A DNA stretch of 46,353 bases, counting the filler, from Sphacelaria rigidula (taxonomy: Eukaryota): the NCBI GenBank assembly GCA_964200075.2. It is 2 parts of 2 records of this genome, joined end to end, with 100 filler letters (N's around TTAATTAATTAA, not from the genome) between each part and the next. Parts side by side here need not be neighbours in the genome. Positions count along the whole stretch, not along the records: positions 1 to 23,129 come from CAXNAA020000285.1; 1 more part is not named here. One strand, written 5' to 3'. A program made the position numbers and the translations under genes. Each line of letters starts with the position of its first letter. The first letter of the stretch is position 1. The notes below the pieces were generated by a model. It was given only the letters and a program-made list of their open reading frames with translations, was not told the origin of the DNA and searched no databases. Shown here in pieces: positions 1 through 14,100 of the stretch.

Positions 1-77
1 GCATCCCAAGACCCGTGTTTTGAGATCTCTACGCCAAGGTACGTATACTGGTCTACGATCGGCAGTTCCTCTTCTCC
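1..77 (-). mobile_element. LINE fragment of the same family
   Basis: Near-identical to 36563-36640 (ttttgagatctctac..ctggtctacgatcggcagttcctcttctcc). Confidence 0.85.
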
Positions 78-1788
78 AGGGGGGGGGGGTTAGCCTCCGA
101 AGAGTGTCCGGGCTGTTCGACAACATTTCTCCGACCATAGACAACTCACCGTTTCTTCCGGTTTTTTTTATCTATTCATTCGATTTTAGACCGCATCGTT
201 TTGATGGGACGTGCGTGAGTTGAGGCGACCCCCTCTATTTTCTGAGGCTGTCGACGTCTCCTCACCGCTGATGGAGAGGGAGATATAACCTCTGTTTTCA
301 AATCGTTTTCGAAGAGTACCCTCAAAACCTCAAATTTCAGCCATTAGAGAGTTTCGGAAAACCACATTTTGAGCCAAAAACGCAGGGGTGCGTCTTCTTA
401 CTAAAATCTAATCAAACGATAATTACCCCTGGATTTTTCCGGCCTGTTTTTGTTTTCCGAAAATCCGATTTTTTACGTGAGCGGGTGCCGTGCAGCGACA
501 AGGAGGTCATAGGCCCCTGCCCTGGTATATGAAGCACACAACGTAAAAAACCTTGCACGAAACGCACACGTCGCCGAGAAGCATTGATGAGGTGAAGTCG
601 ACACCTCGCAGTAGGCTCGCGCCTCAACCTGCCGGCTTCAATAAAACCAAATGAAAAAACACAGACGATTGGGGGCTAGGGGAAACGTCGGACGAGAGAT
701 CTGAGTCGGAGTAACGTTATCTCGTCACCTCCGTATGTCGATGTGTAATGCAACCCGACAACTTCGCATGGAAAGAACGTTCCCGCTTGTATTTCCAGCC
801 GCACAGGGCACCCATGCTGGAGGGCGCGGGTGTATAGACGAACAGACGAAACAATCGTGACTGTGTCTTGCTTCTATTATTTTCTAGTTTTGTTGGGTCT
901 GTCCGGACCGCCGTGTTGGTCGCAGAGCTCCAGTCTCGTGGACCAGTCATGCACGCAGAGGCACACTAATTGAAAAAATGAAATCTGTCGAAATGCTTCT
1001 GTGTTTGGGAAAGCATCCTCATGCCACAAAACCCCGAGAATCCCCGATACAGGGGCTGACTGAGCTTAGGGACATTACAAATGGTAGTGCGGGAAGCACA
1101 TTTTGTTTCGGGCGCAGGAATTGTTCAAACGATAGAGACACGCGGTTGCATAGCCAGGGCACACTTTGATCACGGCACGCCACGCATGGATGCCCTTTGC
1201 GTCCCTGTGCAGGGAAAACCGATGTAGCATCCTCGTACAATGACCTACCAATATCTGGCACCATTTCTCATCTTCCAAACTCCACTAGCCACACCACTTG
1301 ATGCCTTCCTTCTGCCGCTTGGATGTCCGCATCTGGAATCGGCGTCATTTTCACTTGACGAAAGTCTTGAGATGGTGCCGATTCAACAAATGGAATCCTC
1401 AGTACGCCTTCGGGTGAAGACAACTATTTTGGATCAAAAGAGCCCACGAAGCAAACGTACACAACAGGCCTTCTGCACTTCTGTGAATATCTTACGTAAT
1501 CCTTTCACCACCGACCGGACGAATCTTCCGTTTCCGACCGGCTAGCTTGATTTTTCCATCAGGAAGAGCTGGGACACGTTCGTTTTTCCATCCCTCATAT
1601 GTTTTGTGAGTGATTCGCACCCCAAACTGTGCAACACACCTACACTGAAAACAAGTGACTAGACACACCAACGTGCCTCATACTGTAACACGGGTCGACA
1701 CCCAGATCGAGCGTTACAAGGACGCGAACACCCCGCGACGCTGTCAATTCCCCCGCCAATTACAACCTAGAGGCGTTAAAATACTGAC

Positions 1789-2117
1789 CCTGTGCGTGCT
1801 GAGGGGCAGGGCACCCGCAGCATTAGCTAGTCGAACCTCTGTAGGTAGATTTAGCATGCGATGTATATCGAGACTTGATCTATCTCTCACGCAGGTGAGA
1901 AAGTGCTGCCTACGGAATGCCGTGCTGCGCATTAAACAAGCACATTTGAAAGGAGGTGGGACAGGCATCCGCCAAGCACCGGAGAATCGACGCACCTCCT
2001 CAAACTCGTCCGTGTCGCGGGATTGTGGCAAGCTCCTCTGGACCGGTTTCACGGCAAACACCAACTTTCCCGCTGCCGCCGCTGACGCCAAGGGAGCTGG
2101 TACCGAACACGATTGAC
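1789..2117 (-). CDS. VPS13: VPS13 exon (most 3' exon visible)
   Basis: ccgcag|GT QSCSVPAPLA...GAWR...LSTHR|gtcagt; phase 1-0; no stop, so the gene continues leftward. Confidence 0.8.
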
Positions 2118-5100
2118 CTGCGGAAGAGCAACAACGAAAACGCGGTGCGGTCGAGAATGATATTGACGACCTGCATTTTTGAACGCCACCGCAGGTGCAG
2201 CAGCAACTAGTTCAATGAAACATGGGATCCATTTTTCATAATCCCATGTGATACCCCAAGACCCAAGCTCACCAGGGTGAACAACAGTCTGCCACTCGAA
2301 GAGAGATTCGGCGAGTCTACCGCGATGCGCTCCTATCGCTCGGCCCATGCCCCTGTCGTTGGTCGCCTTACTCAAACGAGACAACGGTGACGCCCGCTTT
2401 TCGCGTAGGATCGCGACATGCATCGACGGTCCGTCCGTGCTGTTGGTGATCTCCATGAGACTCCGCACGCAAAGAACCTGAAAAAAACATCACATAACGT
2501 GGACGTGGGAGCGAGCGGTGCAACGTTAGATGCCAACGGATGCCACAAAGGCAAAGTCGTTTGTAATTTCATGTTTTGGTTGAGCAATGGACGGACGGAT
2601 CAACCCCGTGCAAGTGTATCATGATATCTTATGAAAAAGAGCGAACTGATGCCTTGAAAAGACAAAAACCAACACCGGAAAAACGATACATCCCAACAGA
2701 TCACTCCCTCTCAGCGGTCGATCGCGAGTTTAGAACAAACACCTTCAGCCGTGTACTCGTAGATGAGAAAATTTTACCTTCACCCCGTGGTGCGACTCGG
2801 CCTCGGCCACCACCTTCATAATCTTCGCACCCCGCACCACGTCGATGGCTCCTGACCAGGCCCCGCTTCCCGGCCGCCAGCCACAAGATGGAGACGCGAT
2901 CATCCTTTCTTCCCCTAGCCCAGACCTAGGTGTTGCCGTCCCCGTTACGATAGCCGTCGTCTCTGCGGCCGCCTCAGACGCCATACACGACACAGCATGA
3001 TGCGAAGGAGTCGACGCAACCATAGTCACAACTCGTTGCCCGACAAAGCCTACCTCGATCGGTCGAATGGATCTCCAACACTTTGCCGACGACGATCTCG
3101 CCACTCCTGCGCTTGCTCCTTTTGTCTCGTCAGTATCGTCCAGGATTTCGAGGACCACTGCTTGGGCAGGCCCGTCATCGCCCCTCTGGTCTTGTGATTG
3201 TGCCCTTGTCTCCTGTTGTTGCTGCTGCTGGGCAGCCACGGGACGGCAGGAAGGTGATGGCGGTACAGATGGTCGTCGCCCTTTGCCACTTGGTACTTCC
3301 GCAGCTGATAGTCGCCCATCAGATATGTCCACTGCGTGAGGCGTCGAGGTATAAGACATGTGTTCATGGGTGGCATCATTGCCGGGATGACCACTGTCGT
3401 TCATGGCAATGCTGTTGCTGTTGTTGCTACCAGGCGCAGAAGTGGCTGCAGGTTCTCCGTACTCGGCAGCCGCCCGCCGGGCAACACGGGAGTCGCTTGC
3501 GCCGCCTGTTGCAGCAGGTGCGGTAGTACTATCGTTGTCAGCGACGACGACGGCGGCTTTGGAACAAGAATCAAAGACATATGAAAGCGGCAGCGGCTGT
3601 TCCTCGCCCGGCGGGACCCGCACGGCGTGGCCCTTGAAGCTGTACACAACGTCAAGCCCGGTTTCATTGCCTCCCCAGCTCAGGGAGAAAACGAGGTCCT
3701 CATCGGCGCCACTTCGACAGCCTCTGCTGCTTCTTGCGCGTATGCAGTCCTCGGTCCATGCTTCATTCCGAGACTGCTGCTGCTGTTGCTGCTGCTGTGA
3801 AGTCCGTGTGACGGTAGCGAGGCTCTCGAGCAAAGATTCCGTCACGTTCGCGTCCAGCGTTTGCTCAGAAACAAGCTTCGCTCTCAAGTTGATCCGGTTA
3901 ATGTCTAGCTCTAGACAGGATTCCCATGGCTCTATTAGAGGTTCCCAAGCCATGACCCTGACATTGTAGAGGTTGGAACCGATCTGGGTGGAGACGCGAG
4001 CTTCAATGCTATTCGAAGATCCCGTTGCCATCACCTCGCCACTCACCTTCGCCACCTGCGTTTTCAATGGGCAGTTCTCTCGGTTAGCGTCATGTAGAAT
4101 CAAGGTCAAGAGAGAGAGGATATACGGCATGAACGGTATCAGTTCGCCGGTAGTTAGCAGCTTACTGGCCAATTTATTCTAGGATCACACAGGAGTCCCG
4201 AATACCCTCAAACCCGCGGCTGACAGCAACTTACGATGAAATTGAGGGCGGGTACGTGCTGCCGACGATATAAGTTGTTGACGACGGTCATCCTGGATCC
4301 TTCCGCTTCTAACCGCACGCGGCCTGCCCACATCGCCGCCAGCTTCGACCACAGAGCATCCGATGTTCCCGACGCGCCTTCAGCACCCGTCGTCACACCA
4401 CCCGCCATGCTTCCGTCATTTTCGTCAACCTTGATGACCCGTCCACTGATATCATTTTCTGTGACGGTACCTGCGGTAGGTCGGGTCTTCTCCTGCACCT
4501 CCACCAACGGCATGATTGTGTGCGCGAGCACTCGAGCCGCAAGCGGGAAGTTAGTAAAGTAACGTGCGTGTATCTCAGTCACATTCACGCTCATGTCACT
4601 CAAGAGCGACGCTGAGAGCAACAACCGTGTAGAAGAGGGCTGTGCCGCCGACAACAGCGACGACAGCGGTGGCGACCACGACGCGGGCCACACACCGACC
4701 GACAGCACGTGATTCAGTTCGACATTGAAGGGGAGAACAACACAGAGGCACTTTTTCAATGGACGATCTCGTGAGACACCATCACCATACACTCCATTTG
4801 GCACTGACTCTCTCCCGTGAACTTCATCCTCAGCTGAATCCTTGAGATCATCATCGGCGACTCCAACTCGACTACGGTGGTCGGTTATCGGCATCCCCGA
4901 TGACAAGTCTTGTACATCAGGCACCACAAGAATACGAGGCCCAAAGTCAGCCATCGGCGGACGAGCGACAAACACTTCGATATCGTGGAGGCAGAGTTTC
5001 ACTATGCAGATATCCTCACAGCGGTCGGTTGACAGAGCAGGCGACGTCTCGGCGGCTGCTTGGGGCTCATCATCGGTCACATGTGGATTCGGGATTGGAA

Positions 5101-8100
5101 CTCGGTCTTCGCCCCGTCTACTGTTTTCCTCCCTTGCCTGAGAGTCCTGCATGCCTTCCGCACCATCTTCTTCCGCAGCAACAGCCGATTCAAGCGAATA
5201 TCCTCCACCACTCCTACCGTTCACGAGTACGGACGTCAGCAAGGACAATGACAACTGGCAGCTACAGCAGGCAACTATGGCCTCTGAGTCTCGCGTCGCG
5301 GCCATCGCAGAATGACTGGTAACGTCGGGAAGCCACAGTTGCAAACTATTTGCTGATATCTCCAGCTGCACAAGTTGAAGCCAAGGGTACGTGTCTGACA
5401 CAGCAGAGCCGCCGAGATCACGAACCAACTGGCGCCAGCTCTCTTGAGAGATGTGTTCGTTACCATGATCACCATCACCACGACGTAGGTTTGGGGTTGT
5501 ATATTGCTGGTCTGAAGCTGTGCGACCCCTTTCGCGTGATGTGTTGGTCGACGAAGAAGTTACCACCGGCAACGGCGCCAGTCTCTCGTCCCTGCTGCGC
5601 GCCGACCGACAATGCCGCGCCACGTTCCGCTCGAGATCACTGGCAAGGCGGAACATGTCGAGGATTGGAGCAGGAAGGAGCATGAAATGCCCAGATGCGA
5701 TAGAAGCCATGACACGCACTTCGTTGGACTCTGGGCACAGAGCGAAACGCAGCAACAGTTGCTCGTCATAGCCGTACCCGGCTACGTCCGCCGCGCTTCG
5801 ATCGATTTCCCCATCGGCGCCAAACCTCCACCAGTTCACCGGAAGAACGCGCCCAATGCTGTCGTCATGGTGTCCAGCACAATCTGCGCTTGAGTTCACC
5901 GTGTCGACATTGCCCTTGTGTTTGCTCACTCTTACCCCTTCACCAACGAGTTGTACAAGGGAATCCTTTCCGCGTGCCTGACTCACGTCCGTCAGCGATA
6001 CCCTCTTCACCGCCATCTCCACGCGGCGTTTCCTGCTATCGACTGCATTTATGTTTCTCCCCACACGGTCGTCCCTGCTCGAGACTGGCAACTGCGGAGC
6101 TAGGTCAACCCCGACCCCAAGGCCTTCAATGTCGAGACAAAGAAGAGGGTTGTGTGTGTGGGCGGCTGCTATTGTCGATGCCGATGCACGTGATTTCAAC
6201 GTCTGACGGTGACCTAATCCGGGTTCGTCCGTCAAAATCATCACGGTCACGGCCTGGACAATCAATGTCCCTAAGATTAGGGGTGGGACAGGAGCTTTGG
6301 TGTTAGTACCATCAGTGTCTACTTCAATCTCCTCCCTACTCGGGAGCAAGGCGACGGCGTCCAGATCACCGGACAGCTGTCCATCGCTCTTTTGCCCGGC
6401 CGACCGACTCAGAATCTTCCGGACGGACTGCACGGGGACGTCGACGTCTAGACCCTCTCTGCCACACTGTTTTTGCTCTGGATCTTGATCGACATTCCGG
6501 CTGGTCGGCGGGGACACCCCAGCCGAAGCGAATCCTCGTTCTTCGGTATCCGCGGGTGTAACTGTAGCCGTGGGAGATGACTCGACCGCGACGGGATTTC
6601 CTAATCCTTCCACAGCTGTTTCGCCTGAGCGCAAAAGTTGCTGGTGCTCCCGCTCGCCGCTGTCGCTAGTCACCGGAGATTCCAATGCTGCGCTGTCACT
6701 GTTGGTACGTGGAAGAGAGGCTGGAGATGTCAAAAGTGCCGCCACGTTTGCCATCCGCGTGGCAATGTCCAAAGTCGCACAGGTGAGGCTAAGGATGTGA
6801 GATTCGGCAAGATTGAATCGTACCGGTGATACCGCTACAGCTAGCTGCGTGCATGGCGCACCGATCCCAGTAGTGCTGTCCCCGACGACCGCGTCAAGTG
6901 CAAGGACGGGTCTCGCAGGGAGCAGGGAGGCCAGCTCTACGTTGTTCCTGGTACTCCTCTCCCGCAACTTATCCAAGAGCTCGTCTCTGTTGTCATTTCG
7001 ACCATAGCTCATTGTCGCATCTCCGCGGACGACGTGAGGCACGCGTGATTGGCCGCTGCCTACTTTATCGAGACCCGCCTGTTGTCCCAGCAACAATTCC
7101 AGAGGCAACACGCCTGTGACCCGAGCGTGAACGTCTTCCAGGAGGTCAAAACTTTCAGGGTTCACTCGGATCCCGACCGATGACGTCAACACCTCGAACC
7201 CAACTGTTGTTGGCCGTGTTTCTCGACCAGAATTACTGCCGCCTCCACCTTCCGGATCGTCGGCGACGCTGTCACCACTCGTTGACGACACACACTTCGC
7301 AGCGGCGATAACGTGGCCAAGCGTTACCGCTAAACAGCCTCCATCATCGCTGTCAACAGCCTGCGAGAACGGGAGCTCCACCGTGGATTCACATAACTCC
7401 AGCCCAAGCTGCCCAGGAAACACACACGGGAGAGAACGTTTACGGTGGTCAAAAGCCGGGGCAGGGAACGAAGGAGAGAAGGTGAGCTCCTTGCAATGTG
7501 CACCTAATAAAATAATAGAAACAACCCACCCCAATGAACAACATCCAGGCCTGAACCCGTACCACCATTGACTCGCAAAGCAAAATATTTCCCCCCCTCC
7601 ATACCCCCTTCCGATACACACCTTGAGAAGCACAACAGGCTTCATTCCATAGCCTGTAGGGTCCGGGTTGGTCTGTGGTGGAACCTCGCCAGAAAGATTC
7701 CGGCTATGATCCCCGACGATGGCATATTTTGGTGACGACGGCGAAGCACGGCGCCCTTCAACCCTTACCTCGCCACTCCCGGGATAACCACGGGCTGCCC
7801 AGGACTTCCCATGATCATCGTGCCCTGCTGCGACCAACGAGGAATGTGGATTTTCGACTACCAAATGACCCGTAGGCGTTGGCGGTTGCGCGGTCAGCGA
7901 TAGTGGTGTCTCTACGTGCCCACGGCATTCGGGGTTGTTGAGTCCTTCTGATTTTTCCTGACCGAGCAAGACGTGCGACGCGAGCGGCCCCGTTAGCACG
8001 TGCTGCACCAGGTTCTCGATAAATGGCAAGGAGACGATGGCCTCGAGCTTGTCAATCTTGACTTTGGCGCGCGCCTCCAACCCTCTCCGTCCCCGTCGTA

Positions 8101-11100
8101 CCCCCCTCCCTCGCGCCTCCGAGGTATCCTTGTAGCCGCCATCAGCGACATCCCGAGAACATTGACGACCGTTCGCTACCCGTCTCTCCGATGGAATAAC
8201 TACGAACGCGACATCCAACAGAGGAGTGGTAGCCCCGCTTTTCCGTCCCACAACCGAATCTATCCAGACAGACGAACCACTGCCGTCTTCATTATACCCG
8301 CCGCCATCAGCGCCCACAATTTCGTCAGGGTCAGAATTCGGTGCAGTGGTGGTTGTCGTCGCCGTCACCGTAGGTTGTAGCATGTTCAACACGGAGAAAT
8401 TTCCCAGGCTCATGACAGCCTTGATGCGCATATCCTCAGCCTGACGAGGACATTGTGGGGCCGTTTCATCAGCGCAGTTAGTGTACCTAAGGGTATCATT
8501 GTTGCAAGGTTCTGCACTATATCGGGTAGCGTTCCAGAGAGTTCGGGCAATGCATTACATGGGGAAGGAAGGAATACCCGTACTCACTCTTTCGCGCCCA
8601 ATTACCGGGGGGGGGGAAACGTTGCACGACAACCCCGTTGGGGATCAGACAATAAAACAGACAAACACTCGAAACTTGAACCGGGCGACGGCTGTATTCG
8701 GTAGGTCACCACAGTCGGCACGGTCAATTTGGGGCGGAGGAACCCCAATAAGCATCCAAACGACCAGTCACGAAAACCCCTCCACTTTTTCACGTCATAC
8801 AACGCAGCTTTGCCCTATGGCTTGCGTTCAGTATTGCGTCATGCGAAAACCTTCGACAGTACAAATCAACACTGGGGAACATTCTGGTGGGAAGTGTACA
8901 GGCGCCCGCGTATGGGCAACATGAGCTGCAGTAACTGACCGGATATTGGCTTGTTCTCGCGAAGATGGCGCATGTTATGGAACTAGAATATTTTCAAGAC
9001 ATTTCTGTCTGTTGTAGTGGCGAACAATCTTCACCCGTCAGCCAAACTCCACTCGGCTAATGCAACTCGGAAGATTGCAGGGCAACTCGAAAGATTGTAG
9101 GGCACACGTCAAAATGAAATCGCACGAGAACTCGTTTTGTGCTTCACTGCAGCAATCATCAAAACGTTTGTCCATCCCATCATTGGAGGTATTTAGATTA
9201 TACTAAGGAAAAGCAAGGATCATGTAACGTGTCAAACGACGACAAAAGGTCCTGCAAGGAATGTGAAAAAAATGCCAAGATTTTGCCTTGAAAAAAAGAT
9301 GAAGTCCCGAGGGAAACGCCATCGCTTGGAACAAAACAACAGCATAGGCAATGCACCACGCTCACTACTGTCGCGCTGATATGATTTCTTGTGCACAGCG
9401 ATATGCGTGCTCACTCTTTCGTTACTCAGCTCACATCCTGTCTCGAAACGATGTGAGGTGCCGGTGTGATGTGCCTTGCCATTACGATCAGTACAGACCG
9501 TGAAATAAAACAGTCGCGTCCGGTACAGTAGAGATTGTGTGTATGTATGCAATGTGCATCATATTACAAAAACTTATGGAGACCGAGATGGAAACAATTG
9601 CGAGTGGGCTGTGCGTGTCAAGAAGGCCTACAACAAGATGCTAGAATCTGAGCACGGCCCCAGTCGTCCCGACCGGGTTTACCCCACGCCCGTGCCAACG
9701 GGAAAGGTTTGCAGCACACAACACGCCAGCCTTCTGCCGCCTGTTCTACATTGCGTGCGAGTAAAAAAACGCCTGACAGGTTGAAAGTTCAGTCAGCTGG
9801 CAAGCTGCCGGCGTTCTGATTGACTAGTTGGAATTTTCGAAACTCGATTGGTCGGCATTCTGCGGGACAGGTATTGCAAAACGTGGCACGGATCGATCAC
9901 GACAACAGTCGCGGTTTGTCATCAAGCCAAACAACCCGGCCCGTACTGAATTATTTCCCACGACACCGACAAGACCCTACTTGTTGCTGGCACAACTACC
10001 ACTATGGGAGGACGTGCGCAGAAGCAGCAACGGTCCTTGTTCGCAACATAAATATGCTCACGTTGACTTTGCAGTTGGCGGTGCTGATAGTAACTGCGGC
10101 CACGCGAGCGCCCGACTCCGTCAAGATGACCCCGATAGCGACAACGTCCACCGCCAGGGTAACCGCTACCCCACTGGGCATCATGGCCATCATCGTTACT
10201 GCTCCATCGTTTTTGGCGGTACTTGGCGACGGCAAACCCGGTGCTCCCACCGCGGGCGCGGCAGCGGCACCATTGGAAGGCGGTGACGTGATTGCTTCCA
10301 CCGCGTCGCCACCTTCCCCCGTGGCTATGCCCAGAGGCGCGGTCGGTCGTCGTTGCGATGTAACAGAGGGACTTTGAGGTCCACCGTCGGAGACGCTCGT
10401 GTCATCAGCGGCAGCGGTGGCGGCGGGCTTGAACGGCATTGCCGTTGTCGGTTGCACAATCGGCGCTGCCTGCGACTCTGCCGCTGTCGACGGCGCCACG
10501 GAGGAGACGATACGTAGGATAGCCATTATAGTCGCCTGCTCAAGGTAAACCTCGAGAGCGCCCACAAGGAGCTTGACGCGATGAGATTCCTGTAGCATCC
10601 ATTCACGGTTTTTCAGATCGTCGCATGAGAGAAAAGAATGGCTGGCTGATTAATGAATAGGTGCCTACGTGTTTAGTGGTGGGAGTGACACGAAGATCAG
10701 GATGAATATCATTCGCAAGCTGTCGATAGAAGGGTTGGAATGCATTCGGACGAGTTGAAAAAAGTACATTCGTACACCTGGTCGAGACAACGCCACGAGA
10801 AGGCATATACAACAGCAGAGCGGGAAATCCAACCGCCGTCTCCGCTACCTGAAGCACGCGGACAATGAACTCGTAGTCAACGCCACCACGGCCACGGCGA
10901 GCAACAGATATGCGTCCCCCTTGCCTTGCTACCCTTTCATCAACTCACCTCGCCGAAACAACAGCACGTACCTGCACCCGTCCACCGTATCCACGCCAAT
11001 CTCCAGGTAGCGTTTTCATGGCGTACGACAGCTGCAAAAAGTCCGGCCTTAGCACCTGCTCTTCCCTGGAATCTGCATCCCGCCATGCTTTCTGGGTTCT

Positions 11101-14100
11101 TCTCGAATCATCCCCGCCACTGCTTACCAGTACCTGCGGTCCCGTCGGAATATCTCCCTTGGTTTCCTCGTGACCCCCGCTCTCATTGCCGGTGCCGCCG
11201 CAGTTTTCGGTGGTTCGACCGCTTTCGCTGAACGTCACAGCCCTCCGCACAGCTCCGGATTCCCCAGCGTCCCTGCTGCTACCGCTGTCGGTGTTCCCGC
11301 TGCTACCGCTCCCTCGATGCTGTCGTCGGTGTCGATTATGGTCCCACAGGAGTAGTTGAGGTGTGGACGTGGCCATGCTCTTCCTATATCCGCACACCGG
11401 GCGCTGTTTCTCGCCCTCGGCGTCGGTGACCATTACAGGTGATGAGAACTTCATTTTTCGTGCAGCCTGTTGCAAACGGTCCTAGACAGGAATTTCATTT
11501 TTCAGGTAGGGCAACAGGGGGAAAGGAGAAAGTGAGGGAGGGGGAAGGGGGGAGTTCTCATGTATTGCTGGCCTTAGTCGTTTGACCATTGACCACGCAT
11601 CCCTTTCGAGACGGAGCACCGTCGGGGGAGGAGGGGGGGGAATAAGTATATGTGTATATATATGTAAACGTTTCGAATTGTGAAACGTATATTCGCGCTC
11701 CGTCCTGTTGTACGTACTGTGAGCCTTGTCGCCAGAAAATGTGGCCTAACGGGCAGTGTGATAGATCAGCGGGAGGGGGGAGGACGGAAGCGGTGTAACA
11801 CGGCGAGAAATAAGCTGCGTCGGGAGAAGTCTGTAGGCGCCACATCCTTACTCTCAGTCTACCCAACGCATGTACAAGACGACCTGATACATTTGGGGAG
11901 AAGTAACAGTTCCTATACCTCGAGGTCGAAGTCCTGCATAGAAAACGATAAGCGAACACCATGTGACTTGCTGTGCAGCTGCATGCCCAGTCCCACAAGG
12001 CGCAGCGATGCCACTTCCTCCTCCGCCTTTGCCTCCTCTTCCTTTTGATGCTCCCCATCTCGCGTTAATCTCTGCTTATCCCTGCACATAGTGTGTCTTC
12101 TCCCTTCACTTACCCTGTCCTGGAGCAGGTCCACCTGGAGCCGGCAGAAGTGAGCGCAATGTGGATAATGCCGTTGTTTCAAAGCATACCGCGAGGTTCG
12201 CGCAGAGCGTGCATTTGTAGCCCAAAAACAACGCAATAAAGGATCACGCTCCGCTTATATATATATTCATGTATATATGTATGTATATATCGCAGAAACC
12301 TACAAAGATCAGGGTATACCTCTCATCTACAACAAATCCACGACCGGTGGGAAATTAGCCATCGAAAACATTTCAGTCCCCGAATGAGCGCGAGCACGAT
12401 AGATGTACATCACTAGAATTTGGCACTGCCTGCGAAAAAGAGCGAACAGAAAATTAAGTACACGAACAACACCCACTTGAATAAGTGCCACCGTAAGCCC
12501 TAACATGATGATCTCGCGATTCGGACCCGCCGCTACAGGAACAGCGACCACCCTCCCGTTATTGCCCGCGGTGGAAGCAGAAGCAGGAAAATTGGGAACC
12601 TTGCCGCGTCGGCGCGCCCTCCCTGGTAGCGGCGGCGGGAAAAACGGCGACGGCGGCGGCAGTTCCGCATCCGCCGCCGCGGCTCCTGATGCCCCCGCGC
12701 CTGGTCCTGACAAAGCGCCTGTGTCTCGTTCAGCAGGCGGCGAAAGCAAGCTGTCGACGCAAGACAGTCGGTCGGCCAGAAGCACAGAGCGAGGTGGATT
12801 TGAGCTTCAAGTAGCGAACAGTGAATTGGGAGCTCCCGTGCAGAATGACAAATACACAGATGGGTGGTCATTGTGGGCCGACGGGGTGGGTGGGTCGTAG
12901 CGGGCCCTGCCAAGAGCGGGGTGCAACAGTATTTTCTAGAAGTACAGAGCATTACAAAGTCAACAACGGGAAGGAAAAAAAGTGAACCCGTACCTGAAAT
13001 GTATGATGAAAATATTATCAAATAACACGTGCTGGTGTTCGTATCACCATGTAGCAAATGGACCAACATCTGTTTTGACATTTGCAGGACTGGGGGGCTC
13101 TCCTCTCCTCTGTAAGAAAGGCCTGTGACTTACCCAGTATCCACAAGGGCAAGACCGTGATTTCGCGTCCCGGTTCGCTCGAAAATCTCCATCATCTCCT
13201 CAAGCGCAGCGCCCAGGTCCTTCAGCTCGTCTTCGCAGGCTTCAAGGCGGTTGGCAATCTCGGCGGCATCCGACCTGCACAGCTCGAGCCGGAAAAGAAA
13301 GAGAATCAAAATGTACATGCGTGCTGCATTGCAAATCGAAATATATAAACACAGTCGACGGAGGCAAAAGATGGGAATTCGTCCAAGCACAGACGTCGTT
13401 GCACTCGCTGTAAGCTACATACCGTCCTTAGTCTACTCTGTGTGTGTGTGTGTATGTTGTGCTTTATCGTCCCATCTATTCTGACGTCGGTCTACACCTT
13501 TTGGTATACGTGGGCACACCAGCCGGGGTCACACAGGAGGAAGGCCAAGACAGGAGTTTTTCTTCTTCTAATTCTCCACCTTCCTTCTGCGGTGCTTGCC
13601 TTTCATTTTTTATCGCGAGAGGGGTTCAGCAATCCCTTTCCCTCGTCGACCATTACCTCGCCTTTTGTGTATCCCAGATCGCTCAGAGATTCGAACATAC
13701 GACCCCATCGTTAGGAGGTTTCGAGGTCACCAACTGAGCCACCGGGGTGATCGGCTACTCTGCTGCCCTGAATCTCCTGGGTTTTTTCCTCTTCTTTTTT
13801 CTTCTTTTCTTCTCCTTTCTGATATTTTCTTTTAGTTTTCTGTTCTTGTTTTAGGCTACTTCTTATGTATAAAAAAAAAAACTTGTTAAAAAGTGCATTT
13901 TTGGCCCTTCTCCGTCGTTTTTCTCCTGAAAAGATGGCTAGGCGGCTGTTGACACCTTGGGATGACTTGCTCTACTCGCCGAGACGGTTCCGGAGCACCT
14001 TTGCGTCAACAGCCGCCTAGCCATCTTTTCAGGGGGGAAATGACGGAGAAGGGCCAAAAATGCACTTTTCAACAAGTTTTTTTTTTATACATAAGAAGTA

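Noticed and set aside
1075..1600. Further VPS13 exon downstream of 1789
   Set aside because: The minus frames I checked contain stops, and no phase-0 exon with VPS13-like sequence was found.
4208..8431. Stand-alone 1407-aa gene
   Set aside because: Bounded by splice sites in phase with neighbouring VPS13 exons; it is two exons plus an in-frame intron.
13680..13750. tRNA genes at the A/B-box sites (also 32024)
   Set aside because: No acceptor stem or cloverleaf; each continues into a shared repeat body, so these are SINE heads.
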